Source of the DNA: Deltaproteobacteria bacterium
GTDB taxonomy: Bacteria > Desulfobacterota > Desulfarculia > JACQYL01
Direction: 5' to 3'
DNA length: 64,000 nt
Assembly: GCA_016208165.1 (NCBI GenBank)
Contig: JACQYL010000001.1
Span: forward strand, 8,099-72,098
Of this stretch, positions 1-8,224 are shown piece after piece. Numbering within the stretch: the first letter of the stretch is position 1; every line of letters starts with the position of its first letter. The position numbers and the translations under genes were made by a program. Under the pieces are notes generated by a model. The model made no database searches. It was not told where the DNA came from and saw only the letters and a list, made by a program, of their open reading frames with translations.

Positions 1-442
1 TGCCGTACAGTCCTCGGACTTCGGAACTGAGACCGGTGCCCAACAAGGCGTCTACTAGAAGGTATGCGTGGGCCCATTGCGTCTCCGATGCGGGCAGGTC
101 ATCCTCGGAGAGGACTTCATGGATGGGCACACCCAGCTTTCGACAGATATCGAGATTGATCCGGGCGTCGCCTGTTACCCGGTCCATGCTCGAGAGCAGG
201 AAGACCTGAACCCGGGCTTCATCCTCGAAGAAGTAACGGGCCAGCACAAATCCGTCGCCGCCGTTATTGCCGCGGCCGGCCAGCACGCAAATACGTTTCC
301 CTCGAAACGGCCCGAAACAACGATCCGCGATCTGATACGCCGTCCGACCGGCGTTCTCCATCAGAACCGACCCCGGGACGCCTACCTCTTCGATGGTTCG
401 ACGGTCCAAAATCCTCATTTCTTCGGCCGTTACCACGAGCAT
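1..442 (-). CDS. nnr: NAD(P)H-hydrate epimerase/dehydratase (YjeF/Nnr family), N-terminal part only; the rest lies beyond the window edge
   Basis: My own minus-strand translation from the ATG at 440-442 reads MLVVTAEEMRILDRRTIEEVGVPGSVLMENAGRTAYQIADR..RICVLAGRGNNGGDGFVL. This matches the YjeF_N signature GxGNNGGDG. The ORF is absent from the track because the window truncates it. Confidence 0.75.
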   Translation of the reverse strand, partial: MLVVTAEEMRILDRRTIEEVGVPGSVLMENAGRTAYQIADRCFGPFRGKRICVLAGRGNNGGDGFVLARYFFEDEARVQVFLLSSMDRVTGDARINLDICRKLGVPIHEVLSEDDLPASETQWAHAYLLVDALLGTGLSSEVRGLYG

Positions 443-443
443 G

Positions 444-821
444 TCAGTCCTCCAACACCACCATGGCGACCGCATATTCGCCGTCGTCGGAAAGGCTCAC
501 ATGAGACCTGAGCACGTTTTGTTCGGCGGCGATCTGTTCGGCTTTACCTCGAAGCAGCAGCATGGGCTTCCCCCGGCGGTCGTGACCAACCTCGATATCC
601 TTCCACGCCAACCCCTGCCTAAAGCCGGTTCCCAGAGCTTTGGAAAGCGCCTCTTTTGCCGCAAAACGCATGGCAAAAGACGCGGCCGGGCGTTTTCGTC
701 GTGCGCACCGGGCGATTTCGTCGGGCGTGTACACGCGATTCAGGAAACGGTGGTTCCACCGGTCGAGCATTCTTTCGATCCTGGATATCTTTACGAGATC
801 CACTCCAATGCCAAGAATCAC
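444..821 (-). CDS. acpS: Holo-[acyl-carrier-protein] synthase
   Basis: 125-aa ORF starting (GTG)ILGIGVDLVKISRIE, followed by FAAKEALSKALGTG. Length and motifs are typical of AcpS, and it abuts nnr and pdxJ. Confidence 0.9.
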   Translation of the reverse strand: MILGIGVDLVKISRIERMLDRWNHRFLNRVYTPDEIARCARRKRPAASFAMRFAAKEALSKALGTGFRQGLAWKDIEVGHDRRGKPMLLLRGKAEQIAAEQNVLRSHVSLSDDGEYAVAMVVLED

Positions 822-827
822 CCTGGA

Positions 828-1544
828 CTACCCCCGAATAAGCGCGATCATGTCCCGCACCGCTCGTTCGATACCCACCATCACGGCTCGGGCGATAATG
901 GAGTGGCCGATGCTGAACTCCTCGATTTCAGGAATTCCGTCGAACCGTTTTACATTCTGATACGTCAGACCGTGGCCGACAGCCACTCGAAGTCCCAAGT
1001 CCGCCGCGTTTCGCGCCGCGTTCAGCACTTCTTCGAAACGTTCCGAAGCCTCATCCTCGGAAGCGGCGTCCGCATACCGGCCCGTGTGAATCTCGACGAT
1101 GTCTCCACCGGCCTCCTTTGCCGCAGCAATCTGATGGAACGCGGCGTCTACGAACAGGCTTACGGCCGGCCCCCCTTTCTTGAGCTGCGCCACCGCGCGG
1201 GACAACGAATCGAAATTACCGGCAATATCGAGTCCGCCCTCCGTAGTCAGTTCTTCCCTCTTTTCCGGAACCAGCGTGACCATATCGGGACCTACCTCTC
1301 GGGCGATTCGAATCATTTCTTCCGTGGCCGCCATTTCGAGATTCAGTTTTGACGTGACGACCTTTCTCAACAGGGATACATCGCGATCCTGGATGTGCCT
1401 GCGGTCTTCCCTGAGATGACAGGTGATGCCGTCCGCTCCGCCCAATTCCGCCAGCACGGCCGCGGTCACCGGCTCGGGTTCGAAGGTTCTTCTTGCTTGC
1501 CGTATAGTGGCGATGTGATCGATATTCACAGAGAGTTTCGGCAT
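828..1544 (-). CDS. pdxJ: Pyridoxine 5'-phosphate synthase
   Basis: [26 protein letters not shown]...[17 protein letters not shown]...VEIHTGRYA are PdxJ signatures. I took the internal ATG at 1544 as the start; the track ORF extends to 1643. Confidence 0.9.
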   Translation of the reverse strand: MPKLSVNIDHIATIRQARRTFEPEPVTAAVLAELGGADGITCHLREDRRHIQDRDVSLLRKVVTSKLNLEMAATEEMIRIAREVGPDMVTLVPEKREELTTEGGLDIAGNFDSLSRAVAQLKKGGPAVSLFVDAAFHQIAAAKEAGGDIVEIHTGRYADAASEDEASERFEEVLNAARNAADLGLRVAVGHGLTYQNVKRFDGIPEIEEFSIGHSIIARAVMVGIERAVRDMIALIRG

Positions 1545-1876
1545 GGCTTCTCCTTGAAGGGACAACGGTTTTCCGAAAAGCAAAATGGGCGCGCGAGGTC
1601 TTTGCCGGCTGCGTCGAAGGTTCTTTCTTATCGCAAAACGCATTCAATTGAAACTGAAAAACCGTGGAAACGCGAGGCCGCGGCAGGCCTGGAACGGTTT
1701 ACGCGGTTGGGAGGCCGGGAAGAAAGCAGCGAAACGTTGCTCCGCCGGCGCCGGACGCTTATAATCGTCGGGAGGGAAGCGTTTCGATTCGCCGGGCCGT
1801 ACATGTTGCGTTAGGCTCCCTTTGCCCGCTGATTCAACCTACTGTTGGTCTTATATCGAAAGACAGGAGCAGCCAC

Positions 1877-2467
1877 ATGCGTCAACTGATCAAATTCGGA
1901 AAAAAGATCGTCGAACAGGGACTCACCGGAGCTTTTTTTGGAAATGTAAGCGGCCGTGAAGGCGATCGCATATGGATCAGCACCAGCGGGAGTATGCTGG
2001 ATGAGCTGGAACATGAACTGGTTCAGGTGCATGTGAGGGATCCCGGGCCCGAGGACTCGAGGGCCTCTTCGGATCTGGTGCTGCACCGAGCCGTCTATGC
2101 ACGGACGAAGGCTCGCTATGTGTTTCACGGGCATCCTACCTACTCGGTGGTTCTATCGCTCATTAACAAGGCGGGAGATCGGCTCGAGCCGGACGACATG
2201 GAGAGCCGGCACGTACTGAAGGGGATTCCCATCCTCGACGGCAATGTGTCGAGAGAGGAATTGGCTCCCGTATTGGCGGAAACCTTGGCGGACGCGCCTG
2301 CGGCTATTGTGCGGGGGCACGGCGTTTTTTCGGCGGGAGCGGATCCGGTGGGAGCCTTTGCGTGCCTGTGCGCGGTCGAGCATGCGTGCCGGGTTCTATA
2401 TCTGGTAAGCATGAAGAGGCGTTTGGATTCGAAGGTTAAGCGGTCATCTACCCGGTCTTCCTTATAG
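1877..2467 (+). CDS. Class II aldolase/adducin-family protein
   Basis: MRQLIKFGKKIVEQGLTGAFFGNVS...WISTSGS...FHGHPTYSVVLS...IVRGHGVFSAG. The ATG at 1877 is preceded by AGGAG. Confidence 0.75.
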   Translation: MRQLIKFGKKIVEQGLTGAFFGNVSGREGDRIWISTSGSMLDELEHELVQVHVRDPGPEDSRASSDLVLHRAVYARTKARYVFHGHPTYSVVLSLINKAGDRLEPDDMESRHVLKGIPILDGNVSREELAPVLAETLADAPAAIVRGHGVFSAGADPVGAFACLCAVEHACRVLYLVSMKRRLDSKVKRSSTRSSL

Positions 2468-3279
2468 ACTTCCATTTGACAGATAAGAGTCGAAATGTTA
2501 AACAAATAGCCGGTCTTGGCGAAAGTATTCCGGGACATCAACTTACGATCGGGCGATTCGTTGCAGTCCTTCCACCTCTCGGGTCGATCGTGGCGAATCT
2601 GATAGTCCTGATGACCTTGAGCATATCTTCTTACTGCACATCGGCGTGCGCCGACGGTGCTTACGAAATGCCGGCATGCGCATACGTGCGGCCCCCGATT
2701 TCCCTTCGCCGATTCCGGAAATTCTCTGAGCGGATACGCCGGGTGCTTGTCGTAGAGTATTCACGATACATCGCCCGGCAAATGCTGCGGGAGCGCGAAC
2801 ACGTGGACGTGCGCCTAAATGGATCTTACGATGCTTTCATGATATCGCCGGCAAGGTCCTCGCCGAGTCTGTAAGAATCGCCTTGCCCCGTGAATTCATG
2901 GTTTTGATCGGAACCTGGTGCCTGTGCTTCAATACCCAGGCGAAGTGACATTCGCACCGGCACGCAGCATGACAAAATTTCCGACAGCGTTCCCCAGCTC
3001 AAGCCTTCCCTGCTTCTGGAAAGTGGAAAGTCAATTGTTACACAAACATCAACAGGCCAACGGGATCGTTTCGCCGGTGATATTGGGGCTCCAGCCTCAT
3101 GCCTGATTACGGGAAATGTCGGGGGTTCGGCTCCTTGATTCAGCTTTGACGCACTTGAGAGCCCGGCGTTCCAACGTCGTGGCGGATGTTAACCAGTGGC
3201 GGGTCGGCATGCGGTTTTGAGTGGAATCCTCGGATGACGCCACGAACACCCAGTCCTCATCCCAGAGGGTGTAGAAGAG

Positions 3280-6039
3280 GTGAAACGAATGAAAGAAGAA
3301 AGGCAAGACAACGCAAAGGGAATAAGCCGGGACAAGGACAAATCGGACGATGGGCGGACGGCGTTTTTGGCCTCCATTGTCGAGTGCTCCGACGACGCTA
3401 TCATGGGCAAGACGATCGACGGGGTCATTACCAGTTGGAACCCTGCCGCCGAATTGATGTACGGTTATTCGGCCAAGGAAATCATCGGCAAGCCTATCTC
3501 CCTCCTCTTTTCTCCCGACCATCCTAGGGAGATGGACGAGATCCTCGCCAAAATCCGCAAGGGACGGCGTGTCGAGCACTACGAAACCCTTCGCAGGCGC
3601 AAAGACGGCTCCCTTATCCACGTTTCCCGAAACCTCGTGAGAGCTTCCTCCATTGCTCGCGACATCTCGGAACGTAAACGAATCGACGAGCAGTTACAGG
3701 CGACGTCCAAATACGCCAGGAGTCTGATCGAGGCTAGTCTCGATCCTCTGGTCACCATCAGCGCCGAGGGGAAAATTACCGATGTCAATGAAGCGACCGT
3801 GAAAGTGACGGGAGTCCCCCGGGACAAGCTCATTGGGACGGACTTCTCGGACTATTTTACCGAGCCGACGAACGCACGGGAGGGATATCGCCAGGTCTTT
3901 TCGCAAGGATTTGTCACGGACTATCCCCTTACCATCAGGCATCGGGATGGGCGACTCACGAACGTGCTTTACAACGCATCGGTGTACAACGACATGCAAG
4001 GCAACGTCCTTGGCGTGTTTGCCGCGGCGCGCGATGTCACGGCTCAGCGGCAGGCGGCGCAGTATGCCAGAAGCCTGATCGAGGCGAGCCTCGACCCGCT
4101 GGTCACCATCAGCCCGGAAGGAAAAATTACGGACGTCAATGAGGCCACCGTGAAGGTGACCGGCATCCTCCGGGACAGGCTGGTAGGAACGGACTTTTCG
4201 GACTATTTCACCGAGCCCGATAAGGCGCGGGAGGGATATCAGCAGGTCTTCCAGGAGGGCTTTGTCACGGACTACCCCCTGACCATCCGGCACAGGGATG
4301 GAAAACTGGTGGACGTTCTGTACAACGCCTCGGTCTACAAGGACGTCACCGGCAGTGTCCTCGGCGTCTTTGCAGCAGCCCGCGATGTCACGGCCGAGCG
4401 TCAGGCGGCCCAGTACGCCAGGAGCCTCATTGAGGCGAGCCTCGACCCCCTGGTCACCATCAGCCCGGAAGGAAAAATCACGGACGTCAACGAAGCGACC
4501 ATAAAGGTGACGGGTCTTCCCCGCGACGGGCTCATCGGCACGGACTTCTCGAACTATTTTACGGAACCCGAGAAGGCCAGGGAAGGGTACCTGCAGGTTT
4601 TCGAAAAGGGCTTTGTCACGGACTATGCCCTAACCATCCGGCACAGAGACGGGAAATTGGTGGACGTCCTATACAACGCCTCGGTCTACAAGGATATACG
4701 GGGCAACGTTCTCGGTGTCTTTGCCGCCGCCAGGGACGTGACGGACACCAAACGGGTCATGCGCGAGTTCTCGGAAACAAAGAACTTCCTGGATAACATC
4801 CTCGAGAGTTCGACCAAATACTCGATCATCGGAAAAGATCTGAACCACCGTATCCTCTCATGGAACGAGGGGGCCCGGCGCAACTACGGCTACACGGCGG
4901 AGCAGATCATAGGCAGAGACTCGAGCATCCTACACACGCCCGAGGACCTCGAGTCGGGCATCGTGGACAAGATGCTGGATATGGCCTATGAAAAAGGACT
5001 GGCCGAGGCCGAGTTTCAGCGGGTTCGCAAAGACGGCTCCCGTTTCATGGCGAGCGTGGTTGTTACACGCCGAAACGACCCTTCAGGTAATCCCCTCGGC
5101 TTTCTGCTCATGAGTAACGACATCTCGGAAAAGAAGGAGGCTGAGGAACAACTCCGCGAGGCTTCGCAGTATGCCAGGAGCCTGATCGAGGCCAGTCTCG
5201 ACCCCCTGGTCACCATCAGCCCCGAAGGAAAGATTACGGACGTCAATGAAGCGACCATCAAAGCTACCGGCTTTTCCAGGGACAAGCTTATCGGAACGGA
5301 CTTCTCGGACTACTTCACCGAGCCTGAGACTGCACGCAAGGGATATGAGCAGGTATTTCAAAAAGGCTTTGTCACCGACTACGCGCTGACTATCCGCCAC
5401 AATAACGGTCAGCTCACCGATGTTCTTTATAACGCCAGCGTGTATAAAGACACCCGCGAGAACGTGATTGGGGTTTTTGCCGCGGCGCGCGACGTCACGG
5501 CCCAACAGCAGACTTCACAATATGCCCGAAGTCTGATCGAATCATCCCTCGACCCGCTGGTGACGATCAGCATCGACGGCAAAATCACGGACGTCAACGA
5601 GGCTACGATTCGGGTCACGGGCGTCGGTCGCGACCAGTTGATCGGCACCGACTTTTCCAACTATTTCACGGAACCCGAAAAAGCTCGCGAAGGCTATCAA
5701 CAGGTATTTGCCAAGGGCTTTGTTACCCACTACGCGCTGACCATTCGCCACAACAACGGCCAACTCACCGATGTTCTTTACAACGCCAGCGTGTACAAAG
5801 ACACCCGAGAAAACGTGATAGGCGTCTTTGCCGCCGCGCGCGACGTAACGGCGCGTAAACGCGTCGAGGAGGAATTGTTCGAACAGCGTCGGAGAGAGCT
5901 GGACCGGCTGGCGGAGCTTGAAAAATTCCAGAAACTGACGGTGGGGCGCGAACTCAAGATGGTTGAACTGAAGAAGGAAATCGAGGATCTAAGAAAAATC
6001 AATGAAGAATATGAGCGCAAATTAAGCCAGAGGGTGTGA
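3280..6039 (+). CDS. Multi-PAS signalling protein: seven PAS units and a C-terminal coiled coil, with no output domain
   Basis: 919-aa ORF. It has an N-terminal PAS (IVECSDDAIMGKTIDGVITSWNPAAELMYGY), five paralogous PAS units each beginning (Q)YARSLIEASLDPLVTIS..GKITDVNEAT, and one divergent PAS (ILESSTKYSIIGKDLNHRILSWNEGARRNYGY). The tail ELFEQRRRELDRLAELEKFQKLTVGRELKMVELKKEIEDL is heptad-rich. The stop overlaps the next gene's start. Confidence 0.85.
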   Translation: MKRMKEERQDNAKGISRDKDKSDDGRTAFLASIVECSDDAIMGKTIDGVITSWNPAAELMYGYSAKEIIGKPISLLFSPDHPREMDEILAKIRKGRRVEHYETLRRRKDGSLIHVSRNLVRASSIARDISERKRIDEQLQATSKYARSLIEASLDPLVTISAEGKITDVNEATVKVTGVPRDKLIGTDFSDYFTEPTNAREGYRQVFSQGFVTDYPLTIRHRDGRLTNVLYNASVYNDMQGNVLGVFAAARDVTAQRQAAQYARSLIEASLDPLVTISPEGKITDVNEATVKVTGILRDRLVGTDFSDYFTEPDKAREGYQQVFQEGFVTDYPLTIRHRDGKLVDVLYNASVYKDVTGSVLGVFAAARDVTAERQAAQYARSLIEASLDPLVTISPEGKITDVNEATIKVTGLPRDGLIGTDFSNYFTEPEKAREGYLQVFEKGFVTDYALTIRHRDGKLVDVLYNASVYKDIRGNVLGVFAAARDVTDTKRVMREFSETKNFLDNILESSTKYSIIGKDLNHRILSWNEGARRNYGYTAEQIIGRDSSILHTPEDLESGIVDKMLDMAYEKGLAEAEFQRVRKDGSRFMASVVVTRRNDPSGNPLGFLLMSNDISEKKEAEEQLREASQYARSLIEASLDPLVTISPEGKITDVNEATIKATGFSRDKLIGTDFSDYFTEPETARKGYEQVFQKGFVTDYALTIRHNNGQLTDVLYNASVYKDTRENVIGVFAAARDVTAQQQTSQYARSLIESSLDPLVTISIDGKITDVNEATIRVTGVGRDQLIGTDFSNYFTEPEKAREGYQQVFAKGFVTHYALTIRHNNGQLTDVLYNASVYKDTRENVIGVFAAARDVTARKRVEEELFEQRRRELDRLAELEKFQKLTVGRELKMVELKKEIEDLRKINEEYERKLSQRV
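3709..4761 (+). repeat. Three tandem 351-bp (117-codon) PAS-encoding repeat units inside the multi-PAS gene
   Basis: Units start at 3709 (KYARS), 4060 (QYARS) and 4411 (QYARS). Long identical DNA stretches are visible, for example ctggtcaccatcagcccggaaggaaaaat.acggacgtcaa. Confidence 0.9.
5167..5868 (+). repeat. Two further tandem 351-bp PAS-encoding units of the same family
   Basis: Units start at 5167 and 5518. They share RHNNGQLTDVLYNASVYKDTRENVIGVFAAARDVTA with each other and the QYARSLIE..DPLVTIS core with units 1-3. Confidence 0.9.
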
Positions 6040-7775
6040 GAATGCTTTCCCGCAACGCCGGGCCGAAGGCCCAACCCGTGGAACTGATCCTGGATGCCAC
6101 GGATCAGGGGATCTACGTGCTGGATGCCGAAGGACGGTGCACACTGTTCAATCGGGCCGCTTCCGTCATGACCGGCTGGGGGTCCGAGGAGGGGTTGGGT
6201 CGAAGCATTCATGAGCTTATCCACCACACCCGGCCGGGTGGATCTCCTCATCCCCCTTCCGAGTGCTCGGTCCTCGGCGTGCTGCGCACGGGCGAAGGCG
6301 TTCACAAGGACAGCGAAATCTATTGGCGTAAGAACGGCACCCCGTTTCCCGTGGAGTATTCCTCATCACCGATTATCGAGGACGGCAGGACCATCGGTGC
6401 GGTGGTTGTCTTTATCGATATCACGGAACGCAAGAAGGTTGAAAAGGCCCTGAGCGATCGGGAAGAAGAACTGCGGCTCATCTCGGATGCCGGGCCGACG
6501 CTGATTTCCTATGTCGATTCCGGCGGCCTGTACCACTGGGTCAACAAGACGTACGCCGAATGGGTGGGCCTCTCGGCCAGGGAAATACGGGGACTGCACG
6601 TCCGTGAAGTGCTGGGCGAGACGGCCTGGCTGGCCGTTGAGCCATTCGCCGAGCGTGTTCTGGCCGGTGAAGCGGTCACCTACGAGCACCAGTTGCTGAT
6701 GCGGGATGGACCCCGCTGGGTGCGTGGAACCTGTACTCCCGACCTGAATGAAGCCGGTCAGGTGCGGGGATTTGTCGAACACGCGTTGGATATCGGGGAG
6801 CGCAAGGAAGCCGAAGAGACTTACCGTGCGACCTTGAACATCCTCGAAGATTTCGACGAAGAGAAGGCCAACCTGCAAAACCTCCAGCTGGCCACGATGA
6901 ACCTGCTGGAAGACCTCGATGAAGAGCGTCTTAATTTTCAACAGATCCAAAAGGCGACCTTGAATCTTCTGGAGGATATGAATGCCGAGCGGGAGAAATC
7001 GGATCAGACGCAGCGCGCCCTTATGAACATCCTGGATGATGTGGAAGTGGAACGCGTCAAAGCTGAACAGGCCAGGGCGCTCTTGGAATCCGTCAACAAG
7101 GAGCTGGAAGCTTTTTCCTACTCGGTTTCCCACGACTTGCGGTCGCCTTTGCGCGCCATCAGCGGATTCACCCAAGCATTGATGGAAGATTGGGCGCCGC
7201 TGCTGGACGATGATGGCAAGCGCTATCTCGCTCTCGTGCAGGAAAACGCCCATAGGATGGGTCAGCTCATCGACGACCTGTTGACGTTTTCGCGGCTCGG
7301 GCGGCAGACCATGACCGTGACCGAAATCGACATGGCCGACCTGGCGCAATCCGTGTATGATGAACTTGAAACCCGGACCTCGGGGCGCAACATCGCTTTC
7401 ACGATGGGTGCGATTCCGCCGGCCCAAGGAGACAAGGCGCTGATACGTCAAGTCCTGGTGAATCTGATTTCCAACGCCGTAAAGTTTACCCAAACCAGGG
7501 AACGGGCCCTGATCGAGTTCGGCTATGAAACCCAAGGGGGGGACGGTGCTTACTTCATTCGGGACAACGGAGTAGGCTTTGATATGCGGTACGTCGACAA
7601 GCTCTTCGGGGTGTTTCAGCGGCTGCACTCGGTGACGGAGTTCGAGGGCACCGGCGTGGGACTCGCGCTGGTGTACCGTATCGTCACCCGTCACGGCGGT
7701 TCGGTTTGGGCGGAGGGCCGTCTGGATCGAGGAGCCGCCTTTTACTTCAGCTTGCCGCAGAAAGGCACAAGATGA
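6036..7775 (+). CDS. PAS/PAS sensor histidine kinase (HisKA + HATPase_c)
   Basis: Two PAS units, four 21-aa LNILED repeats, an H-box (SYSVSHDLRSPLRAI) and ATPase motifs (NAVKFT, DNGVGFD, GTGVGLALV). The start is either the GTG at 6036, overlapping the upstream TGA, or the ATG at 6042. Confidence 0.9.
   Translation: MRMLSRNAGPKAQPVELILDATDQGIYVLDAEGRCTLFNRAASVMTGWGSEEGLGRSIHELIHHTRPGGSPHPPSECSVLGVLRTGEGVHKDSEIYWRKNGTPFPVEYSSSPIIEDGRTIGAVVVFIDITERKKVEKALSDREEELRLISDAGPTLISYVDSGGLYHWVNKTYAEWVGLSAREIRGLHVREVLGETAWLAVEPFAERVLAGEAVTYEHQLLMRDGPRWVRGTCTPDLNEAGQVRGFVEHALDIGERKEAEETYRATLNILEDFDEEKANLQNLQLATMNLLEDLDEERLNFQQIQKATLNLLEDMNAEREKSDQTQRALMNILDDVEVERVKAEQARALLESVNKELEAFSYSVSHDLRSPLRAISGFTQALMEDWAPLLDDDGKRYLALVQENAHRMGQLIDDLLTFSRLGRQTMTVTEIDMADLAQSVYDELETRTSGRNIAFTMGAIPPAQGDKALIRQVLVNLISNAVKFTQTRERALIEFGYETQGGDGAYFIRDNGVGFDMRYVDKLFGVFQRLHSVTEFEGTGVGLALVYRIVTRHGGSVWAEGRLDRGAAFYFSLPQKGTR
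6828..7079 (+). repeat. Four consecutive 63-bp (21-aa, three-heptad) repeats coding for A(T/L)(L/M)N(I/L)LED...
   Basis: ATLNILEDFDEEKANLQNLQL / ATMNLLEDLDEERLNFQQIQK / ATLNLLEDMNAEREKSDQTQR / ALMNILDDVEVERVKAEQARA, lying directly before the H-box. Confidence 0.8.
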
Positions 7776-8212
7776 TCGATTGTGAAACGGAGATCGTTCT
7801 CGTGGAGGACAATCCGAACGATGCGGAACTCATTACGAGGGTGCTCAAGAAACACGATCTAGGCGACAATTTGGTCATCCTAAGGGACGGCGCGGAAGCC
7901 CTGTCGTTTCTTTTCGGGGAGGACGGCTGCGTCAAAGGATCCCTTGGCCCCCTCAGGTTGATTCTACTGGACTTGAAACTTCCGAAAGTCGATGGAACCG
8001 AGGTGCTGCGTCGAATCAAAACCGATGAGCGCACCAAGAGTATACCGGTCGTCATCCTGACTTCTTCATCGGAGCAGCGCGATCTCCATGATACTTACAA
8101 CTTGGGCGCCAACAGCTATGTGACAAAGCCGATCAAATTCACCGACTTCGCCCAAGTGGTGTCGGACGTGGGATCGTACTGGTTGCGTCGGAACAAATTA
8201 CCCGACCTGTAG
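7772..8212 (+). CDS. Single-domain response regulator (receiver only)
   Basis: EIVLVEDNPNDAEL...LILLDLKLPKVDG...VVILTSS...VTKPI. The start forms an ATGA overlap with the kinase stop. Confidence 0.9.
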   Translation: MIDCETEIVLVEDNPNDAELITRVLKKHDLGDNLVILRDGAEALSFLFGEDGCVKGSLGPLRLILLDLKLPKVDGTEVLRRIKTDERTKSIPVVILTSSSEQRDLHDTYNLGANSYVTKPIKFTDFAQVVSDVGSYWLRRNKLPDL

Positions 8213-8224
8213 CGGGGGATCCCA

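Noticed and set aside
68-1352. Plus-strand ORFs 68-511, 393-1352 and 640-960
   Set aside because: They are antisense to nnr, acpS and pdxJ, which have clear family signatures on the minus strand.
2468-3279. An approximately 800-bp stretch with only weak ORFs (2476-2874 plus, 2543-2764 minus, 2918-3106 plus). I checked it for a degraded transposase or RAYT gene
   Set aside because: Six-frame reading gave no convincing motif, only isolated strings such as HVHVF. It is left unannotated and may be a promoter/leader region for the PAS gene or a highly decayed gene.
3709-5868. Regularly spaced repeats, checked as a possible CRISPR array (also 59984-60358 and 6828-7079)
   Set aside because: All three lie inside long ORFs, have periods that are multiples of 3 (351, 213 and 63 bp), have no unique spacers, and encode recognisable protein repeats. 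No cas genes are present in the window.
6366-7694. A 442-aa minus-strand ORF antisense to the histidine kinase. Similar long antisense ORFs occur at 10443-11672 (hemL), 20390-21130 and 20821-21558 (IS), 40380-41718 (MFP/RND), 42832-43515, 48570-49346, 49524-50270, 56621-57388 and 3694-4293
   Set aside because: All overlap confidently assigned genes on the other strand and translate to compositionally biased sequence without motifs.
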